Shown one piece after another: positions 8,612 through 16,853 of a stretch of 34,021 bases of DNA. Below the pieces are notes generated by a model, which was not told where the DNA came from, did no database searches, and saw only the letters and a program-made list of their open reading frames with translations. This DNA comes from Candidatus Thorarchaeota archaeon (GTDB lineage Archaea > Asgardarchaeota > Thorarchaeia > Thorarchaeales > Thorarchaeaceae), in the NCBI GenBank assembly GCA_048884785.1, contig JBHLQM010000011.1, positions 30,473 to 64,493 on the forward strand, in the 5' to 3' direction. A program made the position numbers and the translations under genes. Position 1 is the first letter of the stretch. Each line of letters starts with the position of its first letter.

Positions 8612-9805
8612 TTAAAGGGTCTCAAAAAGCCTGGAAACAACTGGAGAGAGGAACGATATAGGACGGGGTATGCGGCATCGGATAACATCCTCCAAATACC
8701 TCGAACCACTCAGTCGCATTGCTACTTCGGTGAACGCGTCTGTCATCATCATCACATCAGCAACTCGAAGAATACCAAGAGCCCTGTATAGTTCGCTCCC
8801 AAATTCCTCCTTCCATCTGTCTTCATAGGACGAAAGCGAACTGCCATCAGATAGATGTTCAGCTGCAGTATATCCTGCAATCTCACCTCCAGCCATTGCC
8901 GTAGGGATTCCACCTCCATTCGAAGCCATTACATGCCCAGCTGCATCTCCAGCTAGGAGAACTCCATCTCGGGAGGTTTGCTTCTTTGGTCCTCCAACAG
9001 GAATACTCGCACCAACGGTTCCAACAATCTTTGCATTTGCGGCATGTTTAGAGATAATTGGATCCTTGCGAATCAAGTATTTCAGGAATGAATGAAGGTT
9101 CAAATCAGGCGACATATACCTGCGTCTCAGTCCAAAACCAAGATTTGCAGAAGAGGACGATGTCGGAATCATCCATGCATACCCCCCAGGAGCTGCACGA
9201 TGTCCGAAGAGCATCAGCGGATACGTGGGGTCGAAATCAACTCCTTTCAGGAAGTATTGAAGAGACTGGCTCATATCTCTGAACTCATTCGGATAGGCGG
9301 AACCAATTGAGTTAGCAATTATTGACCTAGGGCCGTCTGCACCAATTACTACTCTAGCTCTGAATTCCTTCATGCCTGTGGGTGTTCTGATCCTGAGTAT
9401 ATTCCCGACAGCTCGATTGAGCACGCGCGACTCCAACATTAGACTTGCCCCGGCATCAACAGCAGAATTGGTTAAGAATTGGTCAAACCGTGCCCTGTCC
9501 ACGATGTTGGATTCAAGCTTGAATTGATATTCTCTCCACTTTGGAGAGATCAAAGACATATGCGTTGTCCTGTTTTGAATCAGGTCCTTAGGGACGTTGG
9601 TCAATCGCAGCACCCTCTTGCACCTGGGAAACATATCTCTTTGCTCTCGAGGGGTAGGAAGATACTCTCCGCATTGAATTGGAACGCCCACCTGCCTTCT
9701 TCTCTCAACAAGGAGTGTACTGAATCCATGCTCAGCAACAACCCTTGCGGCATTACTGCCTGCTGGACCAGCTCCAACTACAATCACGTCGAAAGAAGAC
9801 TGCAC
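8612..9805 (-). CDS. Geranylgeranyl reductase family flavoprotein
   Basis: DVIVVGAGPAG, CGE, DRARFD, VIGADG, PGGYAWMIP, LAGDAAG...GGGI. Confidence 0.9.
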   Translation of the reverse strand: MQSSFDVIVVGAGPAGSNAARVVAEHGFSTLLVERRRQVGVPIQCGEYLPTPREQRDMFPRCKRVLRLTNVPKDLIQNRTTHMSLISPKWREYQFKLESNIVDRARFDQFLTNSAVDAGASLMLESRVLNRAVGNILRIRTPTGMKEFRARVVIGADGPRSIIANSIGSAYPNEFRDMSQSLQYFLKGVDFDPTYPLMLFGHRAAPGGYAWMIPTSSSSANLGFGLRRRYMSPDLNLHSFLKYLIRKDPIISKHAANAKIVGTVGASIPVGGPKKQTSRDGVLLAGDAAGHVMASNGGGIPTAMAGGEIAGYTAAEHLSDGSSLSSYEDRWKEEFGSELYRALGILRVADVMMMTDAFTEVAMRLSGSRYLEDVIRCRIPRPISFLSPVVSRLFETL

Positions 9806-9853
9806 TTTTCAATTCATCACCATTTGAAGTGGAACATTAGGAAGAGCTACTCG

Positions 9854-10057
9854 CTATAAATCCATCTGGCTTCCTGAGTGATGTTGCTTTCGTCTCTGCA
9901 AGAAAACTGCGCATCCAGTGCCAATAGCAAACCAGGCTAGTAGCATCACAAAGATGTTAATTGGCGGATGGCTATCTATTGGAACTGTAGGAGTAGTCAG
10001 TGGAGAGAATGAAGTAAAGAACAGAACTAGAAGCATAGCAATTAACTCAAGCCTCAT
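9854..10057 (-). CDS. Small membrane protein (67 aa, 2 hydrophobic segments)
   Basis: Fills an intergenic gap; signal/TM segment, Pro/Thr linker, TM, basic tail; GGTTGA SD-like site upstream. Confidence 0.55.
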   Translation of the reverse strand: MRLELIAMLLVLFFTSFSPLTTPTVPIDSHPPINIFVMLLAWFAIGTGCAVFLQRRKQHHSGSQMDL

Positions 10058-10165
10058 TCAACCACAGGTTGAGAACCATGCGAATCCATATGAATCTTTG
10101 TCAACTCTCATTGCGATGCGATTATTAGTACAACCTCTCTGAAAGGAATTCGTGCTGGGAGAAAG

Positions 10166-12763
10166 ATGAAGAAGCAGACACCCATGCAGCGGCAATATCT
10201 CGAATTAAAGAGGCAGTATCCTAATTGTATATTGATGTTTAGGCTTGGGGACTTCTATGAGATGTTCAATGAGGACGCTAAAGTAGCAAGTGAAGTACTG
10301 GACATAGTGCTTACTTCTCGAGGTGAGGGTGTGGATAAATGGGCTATGTGCGGGGTGCCCTACCATGCAGTCGATGGCTATGTTGCAAAGTTGCTTCATT
10401 CTGGATTAACCGTGGCAATAGCGGATCAGGTCGAAGAAGCCTCCCAAGCAAAAGGACTCGTTAAACGTGATGTGGTTAGAGTCATAACACCTGGCACTGT
10501 GCTAGAGTCAAACATGCTTGAGGATACTTCAAACAATTACCTCATGTCGCTTGTTGAACACGACAGCGTTGTTGGAATTGCTGCAGTTGATGTTTCCACT
10601 GGGGAGTTCATGTCAACAGAGATTGCTGGAAGAATTACAGATGATGCCATGATAAACGAGGTCTCAAGACTGAATCCCGCTGAAGTTCTTCTCCCGGATT
10701 CCTTGCGGAAGAGAGAAGATATCAAATCTCTCATAGAAGGCACTGGAGCATATATCACATATTGGCGCGACGTTGAATTCTCTGCACGCTCAGGAGAGGA
10801 GAAGCTCAAGGAGCAACTAGGTGTTGCAACCTTGGACGGCTTTGGTCTTTCTGATAAACGGGTTGCTATAGGAGCCGCAGGAGCCGTTCTGTCCTATGTT
10901 AAGGAGATGCACAAAGGAAATCCTCTGACGATATCCAGTCTCAGAGCCTACATAACGGACCGACATATGACCATTGACGCAGCAACTCAGCGGAATTTAG
11001 AGTTAGTAAAGAACGCCAGGGACGGTAGTACGAGAGGAACACTCTTTGAAGTCCTTTCTAGTACTGTAACGCCAATGGGAAAACGCAAGCTCAAACAGTG
11101 GATGCTGCAGCCCTTGCAAGACATCTCAGAGATTGAAAAACGTCTAGAGGCAGTTGACGAGCTGGCACGTACGGCAATGACTCGGAAGAATGTCAGCTCA
11201 AGTATGCGTAATCTTGGAGACCTTGAGCGTATCACCAGTCGCATTGTTTTTGGAACTGGTGGTGCTAGAGACCTCGTTGCACTCAGACTCGCTCTTGGCA
11301 AGGTACCTGGAATCAAGAAGGCTGTGAAGAACTGCGATTCGTCTCTCTTGAAGGAGGTGAATGATTCCATTGATCCCTTAACCAAGCTACATGATACCCT
11401 GAAGGATGCCATTGTTGAAGACCCTCCAATTTCAGTAAAAGAGGGCAAGATGATTCGGGAAGGATTCGACCAAGAATTGGATAAACTGAAAGGAGGAATA
11501 AGTGGCGACAAGAAATGGATTGCTTCACTTCAGTCAAGAGAGCGCATGCGAACTGGAATCAAATCTTTGAGAGTCGGTTACAACAAAGTCTTTGGATATT
11601 ACATTGAAGTCACGAAGGCCAATCTTTCATCTATACCCGATGACTATGAGAGGAAGCAGACACTTGCCAATGCAGAGCGTTTCATCACTCCAGAACTAAA
11701 AGAGAAAGAGGCTGCTGTTCTTGCCGGTGAAGACAGAATTAGCAAGATGGAGTATGAGATTTACGAAAGACTACGGTCACAGGTTCAAGAGTGTATTGAT
11801 AAGCTACGCGAGAATTCAGCATCCATCGCAGTGTTAGACGTAATCTCTTCATTGGCAGAAGTCGCAGTAACAAGGAAATATACACGTCCCAAGTTGACGA
11901 AAGGCAGTAGAATTCGCATAATAGATGGTCGACATCCCTCATTGGAAATGATGCTTGGTTCGAATGAATTCGTGCCAAATAGTCTAGATATCGGAGATGG
12001 AGATACTTCGTTAATTATTGTCACAGGGCCGAATATGGCTGGTAAGAGCACATACATGCGTCAGACCGCACTCATTGTACTTCTTGCTCAAATGGGCTCC
12101 TTTGTCCCTGCGAAAACAGCAGACATTGGAATCGTTGATAGAATTTTCACCAGGGTGGGAGCATTTGATGATCTAACTGCAGGGCAGAGCACATTCATGG
12201 TGGAGATGATTGAAACTGCCAACATCTTGAATAACGCGACAGAGAGAAGTCTCGTTATTCTAGATGAGATAGGTAGAGGGACCTCAACATTTGATGGCAT
12301 GGCAATTGCCTGGGCAGTTGCAGAAAAAATCGCACAGATGAAGACACGCACCTTATTCGCTACTCACTTTCATCAGCTCACAGATATGGCGAACATCTAC
12401 CATGGCGTGAAGAATGTTCACACTCTTGCGAGAGAAACAGGAGACACAATTGTCTTTCTTCACAAAGTTGTTGATGGTGGAACAGATCGATCCTATGGGG
12501 TTCATGTAGCAGCTTTAGCAGGAGTCCCTGAACAAGTCGTCAATAGAGCCAAGGAAATGCTAACGCAGCTTGAAACCCATAATTCTGTTAACTTGGAGGG
12601 TTCAGCTGATGGTGCAACTGAAAAGCTACAAACAAGTCTTGAAGCATTGACCATTGATGACCCAATTGTAGAGCAAATCAAGCATTTGGATCTCGATAGG
12701 ATAACTCCTCTGGCCGCGTTGTTGCGTCTGAAAGAGCTTCAAGATGAGGCAAAGAAGAGATAG
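10166..12763 (+). CDS. mutS: DNA mismatch repair protein MutS (MutS1 type)
   Basis: TPMQRQY, FRLGDFYEMF mismatch-recognition motif, TPGT, TGPNMAGKST, STFMVEM, DEIGRGTST, FATHF, SYGVHVA. Confidence 0.97.
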   Translation: MKKQTPMQRQYLELKRQYPNCILMFRLGDFYEMFNEDAKVASEVLDIVLTSRGEGVDKWAMCGVPYHAVDGYVAKLLHSGLTVAIADQVEEASQAKGLVKRDVVRVITPGTVLESNMLEDTSNNYLMSLVEHDSVVGIAAVDVSTGEFMSTEIAGRITDDAMINEVSRLNPAEVLLPDSLRKREDIKSLIEGTGAYITYWRDVEFSARSGEEKLKEQLGVATLDGFGLSDKRVAIGAAGAVLSYVKEMHKGNPLTISSLRAYITDRHMTIDAATQRNLELVKNARDGSTRGTLFEVLSSTVTPMGKRKLKQWMLQPLQDISEIEKRLEAVDELARTAMTRKNVSSSMRNLGDLERITSRIVFGTGGARDLVALRLALGKVPGIKKAVKNCDSSLLKEVNDSIDPLTKLHDTLKDAIVEDPPISVKEGKMIREGFDQELDKLKGGISGDKKWIASLQSRERMRTGIKSLRVGYNKVFGYYIEVTKANLSSIPDDYERKQTLANAERFITPELKEKEAAVLAGEDRISKMEYEIYERLRSQVQECIDKLRENSASIAVLDVISSLAEVAVTRKYTRPKLTKGSRIRIIDGRHPSLEMMLGSNEFVPNSLDIGDGDTSLIIVTGPNMAGKSTYMRQTALIVLLAQMGSFVPAKTADIGIVDRIFTRVGAFDDLTAGQSTFMVEMIETANILNNATERSLVILDEIGRGTSTFDGMAIAWAVAEKIAQMKTRTLFATHFHQLTDMANIYHGVKNVHTLARETGDTIVFLHKVVDGGTDRSYGVHVAALAGVPEQVVNRAKEMLTQLETHNSVNLEGSADGATEKLQTSLEALTIDDPIVEQIKHLDLDRITPLAALLRLKELQDEAKKR

Positions 12764-12784
12764 GTCACGAGGAGTAGTCGTGAC
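12764..12784. terminator. Hairpin between convergent mutS and LLM genes (possible bidirectional terminator)
   Basis: GTCACGA-ggagtag-TCGTGAC directly after the mutS stop. Confidence 0.4.
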
Positions 12785-12801
12785 AATTATCATTGGCATC
12801 T

Positions 12802-13662
12802 TCATTTGAACGACGGCATTACATCTTTAGCAAATTTGGTGATTGTTTCAATCCCGCTTGAATCACGAGGCAGCGAAACCAGATAATATGAATCGCCCGC
12901 GTCTTTTGCTGATTCAACGGCTTTCATGAATTCTCCAGCTTCAGTTATCCTCTGCCCCATCATACCTCCGGTCATGAAACTGATCTTGTTCTCGCGATTT
13001 GCCTTCTTGGCGGCTTGAATTACTGTTTCTCTTGCCTCAGCTGGATTATATTCGCCGAAGGGTGGAAGGTAGATGATATCGCCATATGTTCCAGACAATT
13101 GAAGCATCCGCTTTCCACGACTGCCAAAGAGGAGAGGAGGATATGGCTTCTGTACTGGTTTTGGCTCCAGCACTGCATCTTTTGCCTTGTAGAAAGTGCC
13201 GTTGAAATTGACCTTGTCTTTAATCCACAACGCCAACATCAGTTCGAGGCCTTCGATTGTCTTATCAACGCGAGTCTTTGAATTTGCCCATTCGCTATAG
13301 CCTTCAAACTCAGCCTGAGACCATCCGGCTCCAATACCTGCGATCACGCGACCGTTTGACAGAACATCAACTGTGGAGATCATTTTGGCGAGAAGTCCAG
13401 GAGGTCTGAATGGCACAGGAGTCACCATTGTACCGAGGCGAATCCTTTCAGTTTTTGCAGCAAGATAAGACAGAGTGATCCAAGACTCCATGGTCACATT
13501 GGAGTCCGGTCTGGACATCATTCTGCTACTCATATCACCCCACATGTAATGGTCTGGCATGACCGCTCCGTAATAACCCAGTCTGTCAGCCTCAATAATG
13601 GCGTTCTTTACAAGTTCGTATTCCTTGTGCCAATTTCCAAGGCCACCTAACATGAATTTCAA
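12802..13662 (-). CDS. LLM-class (luciferase-like) flavin/F420-dependent oxidoreductase
   Basis: PDH, LAAKTERIRLGTMVT, LAKMISTVDVLSNGR, GIGAGW, PKPVQKPYPPL; TTG start after SD GGGTGAT. Confidence 0.9.
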   Translation of the reverse strand: MKFMLGGLGNWHKEYELVKNAIIEADRLGYYGAVMPDHYMWGDMSSRMMSRPDSNVTMESWITLSYLAAKTERIRLGTMVTPVPFRPPGLLAKMISTVDVLSNGRVIAGIGAGWSQAEFEGYSEWANSKTRVDKTIEGLELMLALWIKDKVNFNGTFYKAKDAVLEPKPVQKPYPPLLFGSRGKRMLQLSGTYGDIIYLPPFGEYNPAEARETVIQAAKKANRENKISFMTGGMMGQRITEAGEFMKAVESAKDAGDSYYLVSLPRDSSGIETITKFAKDVMPSFK

Positions 13663-13749
13663 GTAGCATCACCCAATCGGAGATTGAACTAGGAGTCATT
13701 GAAATTTGGTGATAAAAGTGCTTGCGTCTGGTAGTGCATCCGTTCCTCA

Positions 13750-13823
13750 AGAACATCAAACAGAAGTCAAAGGCGATAGAATATGGTATTAGTGGGGCTC
13801 ATTATCTCGGTATGAAATTTCGT
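13750..13823 (+). repeat. Diverged direct repeat, copy 1 (74 bp)
   Basis: Aligns without gaps to 14116-14189; 59/74 identities by manual count. Confidence 0.8.
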
Positions 13824-13832
13824 ACTAGGAAT

Positions 13833-14036
13833 TTATCGGAATGAGCCTTCCGTATCGCCCCCATACATCGCATGTCCTATGAGAAAGAACCCAACAGCAC
13901 CGATGAACGCACCGATTCCAATAGCTGGTAAATACACGTAAGGCTGTGAAGGGTATTGAGGTACTGATGCCAGTATCATCCACAAACCTACAAAGATGCA
14001 GAAACCTGCCAGTCCAAAGAGATCAGGTTTTTTCAT
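13833..14036 (-). CDS. Small membrane protein (67 aa, 2 TM)
   Basis: Two Gly-rich hydrophobic helices with a PQYPSQP loop; GTGAT SD-like site upstream. Confidence 0.65.
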   Translation of the reverse strand: MKKPDLFGLAGFCIFVGLWMILASVPQYPSQPYVYLPAIGIGAFIGAVGFFLIGHAMYGGDTEGSFR

Positions 14037-14115
14037 AGCATCACTTCTGAGTCAGATGCTAATGAATTCTTGCCCCTTTGAAAAGCAAAAAGGAAGGAGG
14101 CAACCCCTCCTGCTG

Positions 14116-14189
14116 AGAACATCAAGAAGAAGTCAGAACCGATAGAATAAGGTAATAGTGGGTTTCATTATCTAGAAATGAAGACTCGT
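14116..14189 (+). repeat. Diverged direct repeat, copy 2 (74 bp)
   Basis: Aligns without gaps to 13750-13823. Confidence 0.8.
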
Positions 14190-14240
14190 GAAGCAACAGA
14201 ATCAGATTGGGAGGATATCAGAAAACTAGGTGATATTGTC

Positions 14241-15833
14241 TTGAAGAAGTACCGTCTCATTCTAGAACCATCAGGGCAGAGAATCCTGATTCCAGGAGGA
14301 ACATGCTTTCTCAATGCCATTAGAGAGAGCGGTTCTTATATCCCTTCAGAATGTGGCGGCAAAGGAACGTGTGGAAAATGCAAAATAATGGTCACCCCCA
14401 TTCCCAAAGCGGCAGGCGATGATGAGCGCCACATTCCTACTGAGGAGCTTAATCGTGGAATTCGCTTGGCGTGTCAACATAGTATTGAAGCCGATTCGCG
14501 AGTTATGACTATGAGTATTTTTGCAGATGCAAGAATCTTGACTGAAGGCAAACCGACAGAAGATGAGTTACTCGTCGATGAGAGCGCAAAAGGAGAGTAT
14601 GGTGCAGCTATCGATATTGGGACGACTACAATAGTTGTATACCTTATGGACCTAGAAACTGGACAGCAAGTTGCATCGGCTGCAGGATTGAACCCCCAAG
14701 TTTCAATCGGTGAAGACGTAATCACACGTATTGGAAACGCCTCTGAAAGCCTCTTGAATCGCAGGAATCTTCAGCTAATGGTTGTAGAAGATATCGATCG
14801 ACTCTTGGCAGGGCTTCTCTCCCAACTGAAAATCAGTCCTTCTAGTGTTGCCAAACTCTCGGTTGTTGGAAACACTGCAATGCACCACTTATTCCTTGGT
14901 CTTGATACATCAAACCTAGGTGTAGTACCATATACTCCAGCTAATACGGATGCGCAATTGGTAGAAGCAAGAGATTTGGGTTTGAAGGTTGTGGATGGCC
15001 AGGTATACTGCGGGCCGCTCATTGCAGGGTTTGTTGGCAGCGATATTACAGCCCTTATCATTTCGCAGCATCTGAATGAAACACATGAAACTGTACTTGC
15101 CATTGACCTTGGCACCAACGGTGAACTAGTATTATCAAAGGCCGGGGAACTCTATGCCTGTTCTACGGCGGCAGGATCTGCATTTGAGGGCGCAACAATA
15201 TCCCAAGGAATGCGGGGACAGACTGGAGCAATAGAACATATCTCACTAGTGAACAAGAACAGCGCACCAGAGATAACTGTGATCGGCCACGTTGCTCCTA
15301 AAGGACTCTGCGGCTCAGCAATCGTGGACATCGTATCTGAGCTAAGAAGAGTGAATCTTGTTTCACCGGATGGAAAACTATCTGAGTCAAAAAGGACCAC
15401 ACGAGATGGAAAGGAAGCTCTTGGATACATCGTTGTGGATAGTGATGAACACGGAGCGGATGAGAGGATCATATTCACTCAAAAAGACATTAGACAAGTG
15501 CAGTTGGCTAAAGCGGCTATAGCAGCTGGTGCAAGAATTCTGATGATGACTGCAAATATTGAAGCAAAGGACCTTGATAGAGTTTTGCTGGCAGGTGCTT
15601 TCGGAAACTATATTGATCCCAACTCAGCATTAAACATCGGACTAATACCAAGAGTCCCTCGAAACCACGTATATCAGGTGGGAAACACCGCAGGAATCGG
15701 TGCAAAGATGATGTTACTATCCTCAGTGAAGCGCAAGGCTGCTGAAACAATAGTTGGTTCTGTAAGATATATCGAACTTGCAGGACGCAAAGACTTCCAG
15801 AAATCGTTCATTGATTCAACAAGTCTGAATTGA
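14241..15833 (+). CDS. ASKHA/DUF4445 protein with N-terminal 2Fe-2S domain (reductive activator of corrinoid enzymes, RACo/AcsV-like)
   Basis: CGGKGTCGKC..RLAC, AIDIGTTT, GNTAMHHL, DLGTNGE, STAAGSAFEG, GLCGS, DIRQVQLAKAAI, LAGAFG. TTG 14241 follows SD GGTGAT; the ORF is open back to ATG 14178. Confidence 0.9.
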   Translation: MKKYRLILEPSGQRILIPGGTCFLNAIRESGSYIPSECGGKGTCGKCKIMVTPIPKAAGDDERHIPTEELNRGIRLACQHSIEADSRVMTMSIFADARILTEGKPTEDELLVDESAKGEYGAAIDIGTTTIVVYLMDLETGQQVASAAGLNPQVSIGEDVITRIGNASESLLNRRNLQLMVVEDIDRLLAGLLSQLKISPSSVAKLSVVGNTAMHHLFLGLDTSNLGVVPYTPANTDAQLVEARDLGLKVVDGQVYCGPLIAGFVGSDITALIISQHLNETHETVLAIDLGTNGELVLSKAGELYACSTAAGSAFEGATISQGMRGQTGAIEHISLVNKNSAPEITVIGHVAPKGLCGSAIVDIVSELRRVNLVSPDGKLSESKRTTRDGKEALGYIVVDSDEHGADERIIFTQKDIRQVQLAKAAIAAGARILMMTANIEAKDLDRVLLAGAFGNYIDPNSALNIGLIPRVPRNHVYQVGNTAGIGAKMMLLSSVKRKAAETIVGSVRYIELAGRKDFQKSFIDSTSLN

Positions 15834-16073
15834 AAGCCGGGACGCGAATTGGAGCTGCGTTGAGAGGATGGATTATAATACATTTCTCTGGTAATGATTC
15901 AGGTCAATGATAATTGACACACTGGTCAATGTTGATAGAATAATATCCTATTGATGATAGATACAAAATGAAACAAACCTTGCGTTGGATACAAACCTTA
16001 AATGATTGCAAAGTACTTTGCATCACAGAGTGAAGTTAGACCAACTTGGTTTGATAATATGAGGTAAATTCAA

Positions 16074-16853
16074 TTGACAGCGGTCGAAATTAAAAATCTG
16101 GTAAAATCCTATGGCGACCTAATAGCAGTTAATGACCTGTCATTTTCAGTAAAAGAAGGCGAAATCTTTGGTTTACTTGGACCAAATGGTGCAGGCAAAT
16201 CGACAGCAATCAAAGTCATAATGGGACTGCTGGATGCGGATAGTGGTGAAGCAAAAGTCTTCTCAATTTCATCACGAGAAGATCCAATCGGTGTGAAGAA
16301 ACTTGTTGGATATGTTCCTGAAGAACTACATCTCTATGAATCTCTAACTCCAAGAGATTTATTTAATTTCATCGCAAGCATTCGAGAGCTCAAGAATGAT
16401 AGAATGACAACTCGCATATCAGAAATGGTAAGGGCGCTGGACTTTGAGAGATACTATGATACACTTATTGCAACGCTCAGCCATGGGAATAGGCAGAAGA
16501 CTATGCTTATAGCGGCACTGATGCACGCACCTAAACTCCTAGTCCTAGATGAGCCATTCTCTGGATTGGATGTCCGTACAACGAAGATAATGAAGGATTT
16601 AATCCGTATTCATGTTGAAAATGGTGGTGCAGTACTACTCAGCACGCACATTATGGAAGTTGCAGAAGGCCTAGTTAATCGTGTGGGAATCATCGATGAT
16701 GGAATTCTTGTTGGTATAGGAACATTAGCTGAACTGAGGGCCCAATCCAAAGACGAGGCCGAAACCTTAGAGAACATATTCCTTCGGCTTACTGAAGATG
16801 AGCAAGATGTGACTGATGGAGTAGCAGCCCTTAGGAAGGTGCTATCTGAATGA
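16074..16853 (+). CDS. ABC transporter ATP-binding subunit (multidrug/ABC-2 exporter type)
   Basis: GPNGAGKST, signature LSHGNRQK, LVLDEP, STH. Confidence 0.95.
   Translation: MTAVEIKNLVKSYGDLIAVNDLSFSVKEGEIFGLLGPNGAGKSTAIKVIMGLLDADSGEAKVFSISSREDPIGVKKLVGYVPEELHLYESLTPRDLFNFIASIRELKNDRMTTRISEMVRALDFERYYDTLIATLSHGNRQKTMLIAALMHAPKLLVLDEPFSGLDVRTTKIMKDLIRIHVENGGAVLLSTHIMEVAEGLVNRVGIIDDGILVGIGTLAELRAQSKDEAETLENIFLRLTEDEQDVTDGVAALRKVLSE

Noticed and set aside
13750-14189. CRISPR array or integron attC array
   Set aside because: Only two copies, too long and diverged, not palindromic, and no cas or integrase gene nearby.
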